Shown here one piece after another: positions 34,070 through 46,979 of a DNA stretch of 64,000 nucleotides; the stretch's first letter is position 1, and every line of letters begins with the position of its first letter. Source of the DNA: Octopus sinensis (taxonomy: Eukaryota); NCBI RefSeq assembly GCF_006345805.1, contig NC_043001.1, positions 125,612,001 through 125,676,000 of the forward strand, given 5' to 3'. The notes under the pieces are model-generated. The model was not told the origin of the DNA. It ran no database searches and saw nothing but the letters and a program-made list of their open reading frames with translations. Position numbers and translations under genes: made by a program.

Positions 34070-34757
34070 ATCTGACTCAAATATTCTGCCAATTTTATGT
34101 TCAAACTATCCATATTCAGCCTCTCACATCTACCCTACAAAGTCATTACAATAATAATAATGAAATTATTGTTTACAGTGCTCAGGTGCACCACAACTTG
34201 TCAGAAAGTGCGTATAAAGTGTATGCAGTAATGTACAAATGTATGGAAAGTGAACAATGTACGAGTCAGATACATGCTTGTGTGTGTATGGAGGGGAGGA
34301 AATCAGGTGTAGTGTTGGCGAATCTCAGAAAGCATGGAAGTTTTGAAGGATGCAATGCTCCGACAACTAACAACTGATGCCGGCAGTTTGTTCCATGCTT
34401 CAGCAACTCTCAGCGTGAAAAAATGTTTCCTAAAGTCATGGGAGCTGTGCTGTTTTCTGACTTTGTAAATATGTCCACGGGTGTTAGACGGGTGGAGTTT
34501 GAAAAGGTGCTCAGAGTTATTGTTTGTAAGATGGTTGATAATTTTATGGGTGTCTGCCAAGTCAGCTGCCAGACGTCGGAGTTTCAATGTGTCCATGCCC
34601 AGAGAAGTAAGGCATTCAGAATATGGCAAATGCCATATTATGAAAAATAAACAATCACATCATCAAAGTCTCAAAACCACAAGAAATGCATGATTAAGTC
34701 TAAACAATATGAATAAATGAGCATTACATTTGACAGAGTAATCAGAATGCTAAAAGG
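34070..34757 (-). mobile_element. piggyBac-like MITE family 1 split by a CR1 fragment
   Basis: Halves 34070-34147 and 34630-34757 match consecutive parts of 29268-29486; end CTAAAAGG|TTAA. Confidence 0.75.
34148..34629 (-). mobile_element. CR1-clade LINE 3' fragment
   Basis: PYSECLTSLGMDTLKLRRLAADL..TRGH..RKHFFTLRVAEAWNKLP..SFK, CR1 C-terminal motifs; (TTA)n tail. Confidence 0.9.
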
Positions 34758-35088
34758 TTAAAACAAAAATTTGTTATCATTGATCCAGCTGTTGTCTCAG
34801 GTAGGCTTGTATCCAAAAGGCTAAAGAAACTATAAAGTTGTCAACATCTCTCGCTTTTTTATATTTATCTTCCCATCTCATTCACTATTCACTTGATTTG
34901 CAAATTGCCCTTAATATATGTTACCTGAACAATTAATATGTTAACTGATTAGTTAATTTTCCTTAATTGCTCATTTAATTTTTTTGTTAACTGCTCAGTT
35001 ATCTTAACTAATCTGTTAATTTATATTAATCACATAGTTTTTTTCAGCAGTGGTGGGGATTATATACATACATACATACATACATACA

Positions 35089-35139
<51 letters not shown>

Positions 35140-35359
35140 CTTTTATCTTTTACCTGTTTCAGTCATTAGGCTGTGGCCATGCTAGGGCATTGCCTTGAAT
35201 ATTTAGTTGAATGAATTGACCCCAGTACTTATTTTTTAAGACTCATACTTATTCTATCATTCTCTTTTGCTGAACCTCTAAGTTACGGGGATGTAAACAT
35301 ACCAACACCAGTTGTCAAGTGGTAATGGGGGGGGAGCAAACACACACATAGATATATAC

Positions 35360-35397
<38 letters not shown>

Positions 35398-35490
35398 GAC
35401 AGGCTTCTTTCAGTTTCTGTCTGCCAAATCCACTCACAAGGTTTTGGTCAGCCTAAGGCTATAGTAGAAGACACCCAATGTGCCATGCAT
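35140..35490 (-). mobile_element. SINE family A lacking most of head
   Basis: Reverse complement of tail, internal microsatellite and body. Confidence 0.8.
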
Positions 35491-35667
35491 TGTATTTAGA
35501 ATTGTTCTTTACAGAAATCTTATTTTATTGGTAAAATAAGTACTTTGGCATCATAGACTTCACCTCTTACCTTCATACCTCACTAATTCAAAATTTTGCT
35601 CCATATTTACTATTGTTATCATCAGTAAAATGGATGATGATAATAATAATAATAATAATAATAATAA

Positions 35668-35886
35668 TCCTTTCTACTTTAGGCACAAGGCCCTGGATTT
35701 TGTGGGGAGGGTAACAGTCGATTACATCGAACACCAGTACTCCACTGGTACTTAATTTATCAACCCCAAAAGGATGAAAGACAAAGTTGACTTCAGCAGA
35801 ATTTGAACTCAGAATGTTGCAGCAGAAGAAATACCACTAAACATTTCACCTGGTGTGCTAACGATTCTGCCAGCTTGCCGCCTTTG
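35668..35886 (-). mobile_element. SINE family C, old tail
   Basis: Reverse complement full copy bounded by (TAA)n. Confidence 0.85.
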
Positions 35887-35910
35887 ATGGTGATGATGAT
35901 GATGATGATG

Positions 35911-35964
<54 letters not shown>

Positions 35965-35967
<3 letters not shown>

Positions 35968-36182
35968 TATTCAGACAAATACATAACAAAAACACCAGGA
36001 CTTACAAACACATATAACATACAGAAAATTGCACTACTAGGCACTGCACACATCCTACGCAGAACACTTTCCATACAATAACCATCAGAGCATCACAACA
36101 AATCACAGCACATACCCAAGGCACACAGAGCTGCGCTCGGTAGTGAAGTGAAAGCACGCTATAAAAATAAAACTACTGAATG
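35965..36182 (+). mobile_element. R4/Dong-clade LINE 3' fragment in (TAA)n
   Basis: KYITKTPGLTNTYNIQKIALLGTAHILRRTLSIQ* (stop 36081), like the IQKxxLLGTAxILR C-terminus; (TAA)n on both sides. Confidence 0.85.
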
Positions 36183-36227
<45 letters not shown>

Positions 36228-36230
<3 letters not shown>

Positions 36231-36429
36231 GCTTCAAATTTTGGCACACGGCCAGCAAGTTAGGGGAAGGGGCTAAGTCAAATACATTGACTCCAGCACT
36301 TAACTGGTACTTATTTTATCAACCCTGAAAGGATGAAAGGCAAAGTCAGCCTGGTCAGAATTTGAACTCAGAATGTAAAGACAGACGAAATGCCTCTAAG
36401 CATGCTATCAATTTTGCCAGCTCACTGCC

Positions 36430-36430
<1 letters not shown>
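36228..36430 (-). mobile_element. SINE family C, old tail
   Basis: Reverse complement full copy. Confidence 0.85.
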
Positions 36431-36473
<43 letters not shown>

Positions 36474-36499
36474 TTTTGGGGGGGAGGGGCATTCACTAG

Positions 36500-36635
36500 T
36501 ACAACACCAAAAAAACCCCCAAATATATGGCACACTAGGCATAACAACAACGTGAACTTCCAGCCTGTTGTCTCTTGAGGTCTCTGGGTGAGACTTGGAG
36601 CCAACTTGTACAAATATAAAGCAAAAGTCAAACAT
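36500..36635 (+). mobile_element. Probable second R4/Dong-like 3' UTR fragment ending in (TAA)n
   Basis: GAGGTCTCTGGGTGAGACTTGG..CAAAAGTCAAACATAG(AAT)n; assignment by recollection of such tails only. Confidence 0.4.
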
Positions 36636-36637
36636 AG

Positions 36638-36669
<32 letters not shown>

Positions 36670-36697
36670 GGATGATGATGATGATGATGATGATAAT

Positions 36698-36731
<34 letters not shown>

Positions 36732-36751
36732 TAATAACAACAATGATAATG

Positions 36752-36791
<40 letters not shown>

Positions 36792-36792
<1 letters not shown>

Positions 36793-36975
36793 TGTTTCAG
36801 ATTTTGGTGTAAGACCATCAATCTTAGTGGGAGGATGTTAGTCAATTATATTGATACCAATATATAACTGATACTTCATTTTATATTCCCTGAAAGGATG
36901 AAAGGGAAAGTTATGAATACAGGATTTGAACTCAGAATATAAGTATCTGAAACATATAACACAAAGCATTTTTCT
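36792..36975 (-). mobile_element. SINE family C
   Basis: TGAAAGGATGAAAGG..TTTGAACTCAGAAT reverse complement body. Confidence 0.7.
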
Positions 36976-37221
36976 GATGTTCTCACTGTTCTTCCAGAGT
37001 CACAGACAGTGCCCAACTGACCCTACTCTACTGTGTAATCGACAAAATCAAAAACAAACAATACACATGTGCAAAATTAAAACTATAAAATGGCAACAAT
37101 TCACCCATTGCACCCTGTGTGTGCATATATATATATAGATATATATATATATATACTAATACATCTGTTTGTTGTCTACACCACCTGTCTTTGTCTTTCA
37201 TTTTTTTGTGAATTTTCCCCC

Positions 37222-37256
<35 letters not shown>

Positions 37257-37271
37257 ATATATGTATATATA

Positions 37272-37322
<51 letters not shown>

Positions 37323-37633
37323 ATTATTATTTGAGGAAATATAAATCCAAACTTACAGGGAAATACTAAATCAAATTTCACACAATATAATATATATATA
37401 TAAAAATTAGAAAAAAGCCATTTATGCCATTATTCCCATGTGCTTATCTTATCTCATAAGTTCTACATTTGCTCTGTATATCATAACCAGTAATACTACA
37501 AAGTACTTTAGGAACCACACCACTATATTGGGGGCAGACTTAACAATGATACTCTATGTGGAGCTCAAAAATCACCAGATGTCATTACCTCTAACTGTAC
37601 ACACAGGATATACTATATATATATATATATATA

Positions 37634-37740
<107 letters not shown>

Positions 37741-37752
37741 CACATATATATA

Positions 37753-37928
37753 TCATCATCATCGTTAGCGTCCACTTTCCATGCTAGCATGGGTTGGATG
37801 GTTCAACTGGGGGTCTGGGAAGCCAGAAGGCTGCACCAGGCCCAGTCTGATCTGGCAACATTTCTACGGCTGAATGCCCTTACTAACGCCAACCACTCCA
37901 TGAGTGTAGTGGGTGCTTTTTACGTGCC
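37753..37928 (-). mobile_element. Family D retroposon
   Basis: Near identical to 44875-45055. Confidence 0.8.
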
Positions 37929-38007
37929 GTGTGTGTGTGTGTGTCTATAAATGTGTGTTTATGTACATATGTTTGTATATATATGTGTGTGTGTGTGTGT
38001 CTGTGGA

Positions 38008-38257
38008 GGTGTGGAGGTGCTTAGCTTAGTGCTTAGGGTGTTGGACTCATGATCATAAGATTGTGGTTTCAATTCCTGGACCAGGCAATGCATTGTTCTT
38101 GAGCAAAACATTTCATTTCACATTGCTTCAGTCTACTCAGGCGGCAAAAATGAGTAAACCTGTGACAGACTGGCATCCCATCCAGGTGGGAAATATATAT
38201 GTCATGAAACCGGGAAACTGGACCTTATGATTTGGTAAAGCTCGGAAAGGTAACTTT

Positions 38258-38260
<3 letters not shown>
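38008..38260 (+). mobile_element. SINE family E
   Basis: tRNA head; central GACTGGCATCCCATCCAGG motif reminiscent of V-type SINE domains (not verified). Confidence 0.75.
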
Positions 38261-38295
<35 letters not shown>

Positions 38296-38321
38296 TGTAT
38301 GTATGTATGTATGTATGTATG

Positions 38322-38392
<71 letters not shown>

Positions 38393-38719
38393 GTAGTCAG
38401 TAGAATAAGAGGACTTGGTAGTTTAAGAATGAGTTGTAAGCTTAGATCTGCTATTGGTGTTCTGTAATGTTTCTGACCACAATGCTTTATTTCACATTAG
38501 CTTATTACCTTAATTCACCTGGCTGTTTTAGAATAGGTACCAGATTGCCTGGTAGTGTTACCTGTGATGCACTGCCATCATTATTCCATATCATTTAGTC
38601 AGTTCATATCAAGAAAACTTGAGTTAAATGCTAACTCACAAGGGATCATTCATTCCTTCCAACACAGTTAGGGCTTAGTAGTCATCAAGATACTTATTTG
38701 TGTTATTATATATAAGTCA

Positions 38720-39110
38720 ACATAAAATAGCAGAATTGGTAGTGAAGGAGACAGACAGACAAAATACATTTTTGGTATTTGGTTACAATAGTTTACATTC
38801 AGATTCCAAACCTAACCAAGGGTGATTTATGTTTCATCCTTTCACAGTTGATATAATTGAGTATATCTTATTTTTAAAAAAAATTGTTGCCTTGTGTCTC
38901 AGTCAGAAATCAGTATTGGAAGAATCATTGGAGCATCAGGCAGAATGCCTTGTTCTAACTCTTATTCTGATTTCATATTAGGCTGAAATCTACTTTGCTT
39001 TTCATCCTTCTTGGGGCATCAAACTAAAAGCGTTAATCAAGAACTAGAATTGATTTAATCAACCACCCACCTCCCTTCAAATTTCTGGCCTTGTATTTAT
39101 GTTAGTAATT
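38720..39110 (+). mobile_element. Two degenerate family C SINEs
   Basis: GCAGAATTGG..TTTCATCC and GAATCATTGGAGC..CTTTGCTTTTCATCC..GGCCTTGT. Confidence 0.6.
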
Positions 39111-39994
39111 ATTATTTCTGCATCACCTTGAATGAAAAAAAAAAAAAAAATTTTTTCCAATTATTTTCCATTTAGCATTTTTTCAATTATTTTCCATTTA
39201 GCATTTTATTTTTACTCACAAAGACAGCTTTCTCTCTCAAATTGTACTTTCTTTCTACCAAAATTGATGTCATATTCATTTAACTATTATAACTTTTTAT
39301 GTTATTACCATTCTTTCTTTTCCTTATACCATCGTTCTACTACATTTTTGATCTTATAATTTCATTCTATCTTCCATATTAATAACTTTCCACCTCAACA
39401 AATTGTTTCAATGAATTATTTGTTAACCACTAGTCTCTTTATACATTTCATTCTACTTTTCTAATTGCTATTTTTCTCCCTGTCTCTCTGCCTTCTATTT
39501 CATATTGTTTTTCTTACCATTACAAGATTTTTTGAAAACCTTTTCTTATCAAACTTCTTTTTTTTTTATGTTTACAAAGACAAATAAAACATGACAGATT
39601 CAGATAGTTTCACTATCTGTTAGTCATATATGTCTTTATACCGCAGCAGGCAGCATATTATATATCTTCAAGCTGCCTGTTTGAATAAGGGATTATGAAA
39701 ATTTTATGAGACACAATGGACAGACAAGGTACTTAACTCTGTTTTACTCACTTTTTCCAGACTGGAAAAGAAAACCGCAAGCGACCAGTATTATAGGGCC
39801 TCTAGTTATAACTATATTTAAATGTGAAAATCTATTTTCACATTTAGCTTTCTCCTTTGCATTATGATACACACAATTTCTCTAAATTATTTTTTCCAGA
39901 ATGGTGATAAGATGAAATCGTCTACAGATGTTATCATTTATGAAGGGTTTAAATGAACAAGTTTCAAAAAAATTGTTTATTGACCAGCTAAAAC

Positions 39995-40165
39995 ATGGAT
40001 TGGCATAATTGTTAAAGCATCACAGAGAGATGCCTTTTGGTATTTCTTCTAGCTCTTTACATTCTGAGTTCAAATCCTGCCAAGGTTAACTTTGCTTTTT
40101 ATGTGTTTAGGGTTGATTTAATCCATTAAGTCTCTCCCATCAAATTTTAAGCCTTTTGCCTATAT
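39995..40165 (+). mobile_element. SINE family C
   Basis: ACATTCTGAGTTCAAATCCTGCCAAGGTTAACTTTGC. Confidence 0.7.
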
Positions 40166-40223
40166 TATGAACAACTGTTAGAATAAATAAATAATAGAAT
40201 AATACCCAATTGAATATTAGCTA

Positions 40224-40523
40224 ATAACCCATTTTCTATAGCGATGTTTGAACAAAAATTTTAATAATTTTATATTTTGTTGAATTTACCTGTATTTACC
40301 TGTATCTACCTGCAATTAGAGTCACTTTATGACAAAAATTATAGTATAGAATTGGTTGAGAACATTTCATTAAATTATCTTCCAAAAATCACATTAATAT
40401 ATTGATAAATAAAAAAAGTTATAGTTGTTTAATGAAACCAGACTAAATTTATGATTATGTTAGAAATTAATTGAAACACATAAGGGGTGTATTTTGGTCA
40501 GAAATATAGTAACGAAAGGGTTA
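40224..40523. mobile_element. piggyBac-like MITE family 2
   Basis: Ends TAACCCATTT and AAAGGGTTAA; AT-rich interior; related to 33425-33590. Confidence 0.55.
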
Positions 40524-40789
40524 AGGAATTGTCTAAAAGATTAAGGTGTTGGACTACTAAATAACTGTATTGGTTATGACATCAACCAAACCTTATTGTT
40601 ACAGTCACTGTGTATTTAAGATCAAGTTGAATAAATAAACACTTGCATGAGTCTGCTGGACTGAGTTGTTAATAGGGGTAAAATATAGAACCCTAAGGAA
40701 TCAACGAGAAGGATCTCTGTCAGTTGGCAACTTACTGATACCTTCAAGACTCTCTTCAAGTTCTTAATTAGTATTTATTTTCCATTCCG

Positions 40790-40960
40790 TTACTTGTTTC
40801 ATTCGTTAGGCCGCAATCATGCTGGAGCACCACCTTGTAAGATTTAATCCTAGAAATTGACTGGCAGTACTTATTTTTAAGTTTGATACTAATTCTGTCA
40901 GACTCTTTTTGTTGAATTTCTAGGTTATGAGAACATAAGCCAATACTAATTGTCATGTGG
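40790..40960 (-). mobile_element. SINE family A 3' half, degenerate
   Basis: TTACTTGTTTC..CATGCTGGAGCACCACC. Confidence 0.65.
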
Positions 40961-41421
40961 GGTGGAGTACAAACACAAAGATGCAGACACACATACACAC
41001 CTATGCACACACTCACACTCACACTTACACATACACACACACACACACACACAAGCATGCATACTCACACACACATACCTTGTGTTCAGTTACCATTATC
41101 CCATCCAGGGCTCACTCTTTCTGATCCAAAGCCACCTTGAGCAACCTCCACTGCCTCTATAGCTAACTTGATGGTCTTTAATCTACTGGCTCCTTTGAGT
41201 CCCAACATTGTCATAGGCTCTGCAGAAGGACTGGTTTGTGAACCCCCTACATCCCACATCAATAACTTCACACCTTGCTCACTGCTGTAAAACCACCTCT
41301 TCTTTATTAGATTTGTAACCACCAGGACTTAGTTGAAACTGTTTGTTGTATGTAAAACAAAGTAAATTTTTAGAGAGCTTGATTTCAATGTTGTTATTGT
41401 TGCTACTGTTGTTGTTGCTGC

Positions 41422-41461
<40 letters not shown>

Positions 41462-41980
41462 AAAATAATTGAATATCAATTAATCCCATATAGATTTCTT
41501 TATGACATTCAAATATACATATTTGGTGATTTTGTGAAAAATCTCCCTCAGAAGTTGACATTACTAGCATTTAGGAATCTGGGAAACCTCTAATATTCAG
41601 CTGAAGATCTAGCTATCTGTTGTGGGTGAGTATCTCTATGTCAGCTTTACTTTAAGTAGAACAACTCAAAACACAAAAATATCCAAGTATTGAAAAAAAA
41701 ACCCAGCTCAGAATTGGCGGTTCACATTCTATCCCAACTACAGCATGCATCCGTGGACAAGACAGTTATCAAATAGATAAAAAGACAGTTATCTATATGT
41801 CCCTGGACAAGAAAGTTATCTATCTATTAGACTAGAGCTGAGTCTAACCAGCTGTAAGTAATCACCACTGTGAGGTAAAATTCCCTTCTTTAGGTAGTAG
41901 CAGCACTGTGAAACTGAAGTGTGTTATCATGTTTTTAATGTTCTCATCATTTGCTCCACTGGATCAAGCTACTTGCCAAT

Positions 41981-42365
41981 GGAAGCACTCCATTGGTTAT
42001 GACGACAAGGGTTCCGGTTGATCCGAATCAACGGAACAGCCTGCTCATGAAATTAACGTGTAAGTGGCTGAGCACTCTACAGACACGTGTACCCTTAACG
42101 TAGTTCTCGGGGATATTCAGCGTGACACAGAGAGTGACAAGGCCGGCCCTTTTGAAATACAGGTACAACAGAAACAGGAAGTAAGAGTGAGAGAAAGTTG
42201 TGGTGAGAGAGTACAGCAGGGATCACCACCATCCCCTGCCGGAGCCTCGCGGAGCTTATGGTGTTTTCGCTCAATAAACACTCACAACGCCCGGTCTGGG
42301 AATCGAAACCGCGATCCTATGACCGCGAGTCCGCTGCCCTAACCACTGGGCCATTGCACCTCCAC
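41981..42365 (-). mobile_element. SINE family B tail type 1, full length
   Basis: 10-bp TSD ACTTGCCAAT at 41971-41980 and 42366-42375; homologous to 858-1230. Confidence 0.9.
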
Positions 42366-42384
42366 ACTTGCCAATATAACAGCA

Positions 42385-42575
42385 TGGTAAGGCAGTGGGC
42401 TAGAAGAATCGTTAGCTGAATTTCATCTGTTTTTATGCTCTGAGTTCAAATTCTGCAGAAGTCGAGTTAGCCTTTCAGGGTCAGTAAAAAAAGTAGCAGT
42501 TGAGTAATGGGGGTCAATGTAAACGATTTACACCCTCCCCCAAAATTGCTGGCCCTGTGTCAAAATTTGAAATCA
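42385..42575 (+). mobile_element. SINE family C, old tail
   Basis: AAGGCAGTGGGCTAG..GAGTTCAAATTC..TGGCCCTGTGTC. Confidence 0.75.
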
Positions 42576-42909
42576 ATATACCTGTATGTTATCCAGCAAG
42601 ATTTCAAACATCTTTTATCCACGTATTGCTACTACAAATAACAGGAGATAAACACTGAAAAATAATGGGGGGATAAATGTATTGGTTTGCAGAATTTTGT
42701 GAAGAGAATTAGCTTTCAAAATCTTGTATATATTAATTTATCTCTATCTTCTACTGCATAAGCTAATTAGAGAACTTCTACATGGTTGTTCAGTTGACTA
42801 GAAATGATAACCAAATCTCCCTCATCTCACACCATACTGTGCTCAAGATGAGATACTATAATCAATAGTAATATAGTTGTAGATATGCTTTATTTTATTT
42901 TTTTTTAAT

Positions 42910-43154
42910 TTTCTTTCAGTCATTGGAAGTGTTTAGTCAAAAGCATTGCCCTCAGTCCTCACATTTTTTAAAATCAGGTGCTTATTCTATCAGTCTCTCT
43001 TGCTAAACTGCTAAGTTAAATCAAAGTAAACAAGCTAACACCGATTGTCAAATGGTGGAGAGAGAGAACAGACATACACATGCACACACACACACACACA
43101 CATGCATATACACACACACACACACGCACATGCACGCACACACACACACACACA

Positions 43155-43195
<41 letters not shown>

Positions 43196-43352
43196 GATGC
43201 ACATATGATGGGTTTCCATAGTTTCTGTCTACCAAACTCACTCACAAAGCGGTGGTCAGCTTGGAGCTCCAGTGGAAGACACTTGCCCAAGGTGGCATCC
43301 AAGTAGACTAAACTTCGAATTAGATGGTTGTAAAACAAGCTTTTTAACCACA
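42910..43352 (-). mobile_element. SINE family A, old copy with expanded internal (CA)n
   Basis: GAAGACACTTGCCCAAGG motif; ~125 bp internal (CA)n. Confidence 0.7.
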
Positions 43353-43502
43353 AAGTGAAAAGGACAGGATGGTCGTGGTAGTAATGTCTTTGTTCATTGT
43401 TGATTTGAGACTAAGCAATAACAATATTCTCTCCTATGCAAAAATAAAAAAAAAAACAAGAAATAATAAATATATAAATCTACCTATCACTTATTTTAGA
43501 CA

Positions 43503-43880
43503 CTAGACTGTGGCCATGCTGGGGCACCACCTTGAAAAATTTTAGCTGAATGAATCAACACCATTACATATGTTTTTTAAGCTTGATACTTATTTTATAA
43601 TTCTCCTTTGTTGAACTGCTTAGTTACAGGGGTGTAAACACACCAACATCGGTTGTCAAGTAGTAGCAGGGGACAAGCACACACACATACACACACACAC
43701 ACATACATATATATATATGATGAACTTCTTTCAGTTTCCATCTGCCAAATCCACTCCCTGGGCTTTAGTCAGTCCAAGGCTATATTAGAAAACACTTGCC
43801 CAAGGTTCCACACAGTGAGACTGAACCCAGAACCATGTGGTTAGGAAGCAAATTTCTTACCACACAGCCATGCCTGCACC
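43503..43880 (-). mobile_element. SINE family A
   Basis: Reverse complement full copy. Confidence 0.85.
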
Positions 43881-44760
43881 TATGTATGTACGTTCTTCTT
43901 TTTGAGCAAGTGAATATATTGTTTAGAGAATAGGAATGGCCCTTTGCAATGTCTTGTGGCTGAGAAGCAAACTTCTAGCCACACTGTAGGACTGAAACTG
44001 GAACTATGTGACCGCAAAACAGACTTCTAACCACACAGCAATGCTTATAAATAAATAATGAAAATAAAATTGGTTTTATAGCAATAAAATGTTAAAGGTA
44101 GACAAGTTATCAATCAGAAACTACAAACCATTGCATTGAATAATAATTTAGGGATATTGCAGGTGGGGGGGGTGCAAAAAATAGAAAACACTGAAAAATA
44201 GTGAAGTAAAATAAAATAAACAAATGATATTTTAACAAACAAAATAGAATGATTGATTTTAATCCTAGAAACTTGGAAATGGTTTTGGCTCTTTTGTTTC
44301 ATAAATTTTTATCTTGTCTGGATTTTTTTATTCATTATTTTTTGTTAATGTTTTTTTTTTTTTACATTATTTTTTTGTTTAGTTTTTTGTAACATTAAGT
44401 CTTTTGAAATGTTAAGTATTGTTGTCTACAAACCTACACAGAAAGACTGGCATTGATTTATAACTGAAATAAGATAGGTACATCTAAAACATTACATGCA
44501 TGCACATCTATATGCAAACACATATGTATACATGAACGCATACATTTGTATGTCAACACCCACGCATATATATACTTTTACACAAACACACAGACACAAA
44601 ACCGTCGACAACATCACCCTTCATGCCTGTACACCTTTATTGCGTATATTATTGGGAACAAAAGTTGTGTGAAAGAGGAGAGTTAAGGAAGGATGTAATG
44701 AAGACATTTATCATTTATAGAACTGACACCCACACAAGCATATATGTATGTATATATGTA

Positions 44761-44812
<52 letters not shown>

Positions 44813-44874
44813 ATATATATATATATACATATATACATATATAATATATATATATAAAAAACTATATATCATCA

Positions 44875-45100
44875 TCCTCATCATCATCGTTTAGAGTCCA
44901 ATTTCCATGCTGGCATGGGTTGGACGGTGCAATGGGGTCTGGGAAGCCAGAAGGCTGCACCAGGCCCAGTCTGATCTGGCAATGTTTCTACGGCTGGATG
45001 CCCTTCCTAACGCCAACCACTCCATGAGTGTAGTGGGTGCTTTTTACGTGCCAGACAAGGCTGGCAAATAGCCACGATCGGATGGTGCGTTTTACATGCC
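44875..45100 (-). mobile_element. Family D retroposon
   Basis: GGCTGGATGCCCTTCCTAACGCCAACCACTCC motif, (CAT)n. Confidence 0.8.
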
Positions 45101-45112
45101 ATATATATATAT

Positions 45113-45174
<62 letters not shown>

Positions 45175-46074
45175 CATACATACATAACATACATATATAC
45201 TTTTTATTAAGTTTCTATTCAGTGGGGCTGAACCTAGAACCATGTGGTTGGGAAGCAAGTTTCTTACCACACTCACTTGAAGACAGTGACACTGAATTTA
45301 CAGAAACAACCCAAATAAAAGAGAGGGAGAGAGATGTGGCATACAGAGAAATAATTTACCTACAACCTTTGCATTATTTAGTAAATATAATACTTTACAT
45401 TGGGCAAGGTGTTAGACTATCGTTCCACTCTGAACTGGTGGTTAAATCTTGTTTTAAGTTTCAACTCATGACATTTTTACTATATAGGATATACCAGCAA
45501 AACAGCTTTTGGCTTTCTCTTTATTTGTAAATAAGGAAGATAAAGATCTTTATAACATGGACACATGAAAGAAAATTAATCCTCAGTACACACACATAGA
45601 TAAATACAGATATATAAAACACCATACAATATAAATTCTTGATTTATTAAAATCATCTCTGCCTTTAGAGAAAGTGTCCTAATTACCAAATGGCAAATTA
45701 AGACCCATTCCACATGAGAAGGAGAGATAATATCAAGAATCAAGAATTTTCCAATGTTGATATGATGTCAAGGACAAGGTAATTGCCTGGAGGTAAGAGG
45801 AGAGCCATGGACACATGTTTCTTGTCCTACATTATCTCCTTTAGCCAGGGGAATTAGACATATAGGAAATGAGTAGAACACATTTATGGTCTACCTAATG
45901 TGAAATTTATTCATTCAGCCATTCATAATTCTGAGTTTCACATTATGAAAACATATATATTGATCGAGGCAACTAGTTGGATCTAAACTGTTTTGGGCAC
46001 ATATGTTGTATGCTAATTTGCCTTCATACCATTGATCAGTTAGCAGCATATACATGCATGTGAATGTCTATATA

Positions 46075-46109
<35 letters not shown>

Positions 46110-46114
<5 letters not shown>

Positions 46115-46301
46115 TCATAAATGAGGGCAAAGGAAAAACATTCTAATGCCAAATATGCCGAAAAATTGGACATATAGTCCATTAACCATATAATTTTTTC
46201 ACAAAAATTATATGTGAAAAAATTGTAAATGGACAATATGTCCAATTTTTCGGCATATTTGGCATTAGAATTTTTTTCCTTTGCCCTCATTCATGAATTG
46301 T
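46110..46301. mobile_element. Long-TIR MITE (near-perfect ~190 bp hairpin), family unassigned
   Basis: ACAATTCAT(A)AATGAGGGCAAAGGAAAAA.. pairs with ..TTTTTTCCTTTGCCCTCATT(C)ATGAATTGT; no hammerhead core seen. Confidence 0.7.
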
Positions 46302-46396
46302 TTATAAATTTAACCGTTAAAGGTATTTTTTAATATGCTGGCCATTGATGAAATTTTTTTCGAGAAAATATTTTTTTTTGAAAAGAACTTTATCCT

Positions 46397-46428
<32 letters not shown>

Positions 46429-46731
46429 GTATGACATACAAATTTAGAAACTTCAAGAGAATGCATTTTTAACAGTTGAACATGAAGAAGAATGGCTATA
46501 AATAATAGTGTGTAATAATATTGGCTATTACTTATAACATTTCTACTTTGAGTTTAACCATAAAGAAACCTCTGTGTAGATTTTTAATTTGTAAATCTGT
46601 GTGTGTGTGTTTGTGTCTGTGTGTCTGATGTCCCATAATTGTCTGTCATTCTACTTTTGTCAGGTCTTCTTTGTTGCTGTCACATATTGTAAAAATTTTT
46701 AAATTACGTCAAAATTTTCAAATTTGGTATT

Positions 46732-46979
46732 CAGTAACCCCTTACCATATTGTGGTTCACTTATCGCAATTCACCTATCATAGTTCACCTATTGCGGTTT
46801 ATTATTTAAACTTACGTTTATTCCTGTGGTGTTATTTTGCATTTATTATAAAATAAAACTATACAAATTATAAAAATAATTTTTAAAATATACAGTACAG
46901 TATTGTTTCTACTTCACGGATTTTCACCTATCACGGGAGGTTTCCGAATGTAACATCCATGATAGTTGAGGGATTACTG
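46732..46979. mobile_element. Tigger/pogo-type MITE
   Basis: Termini CAGTAACCCCT ... AGGGATTACTG|TA; internal TTCACCTAT(C/T) repeats. Confidence 0.7.

Noticed and set aside
41568-41630. Strong donor TGG|GTGAGT with upstream AG
   Set aside because: All frames from the nearer good acceptor are closed, and there is no other support.
45668-45778. AG..GTAATT bracket as an exon
   Set aside because: Stops in all three frames.
46110-46301. This hairpin as another hammerhead fold-back
   Set aside because: No CUGANGA or GAAAC..UH arrangement on either strand; symmetric ends fit a DNA MITE.
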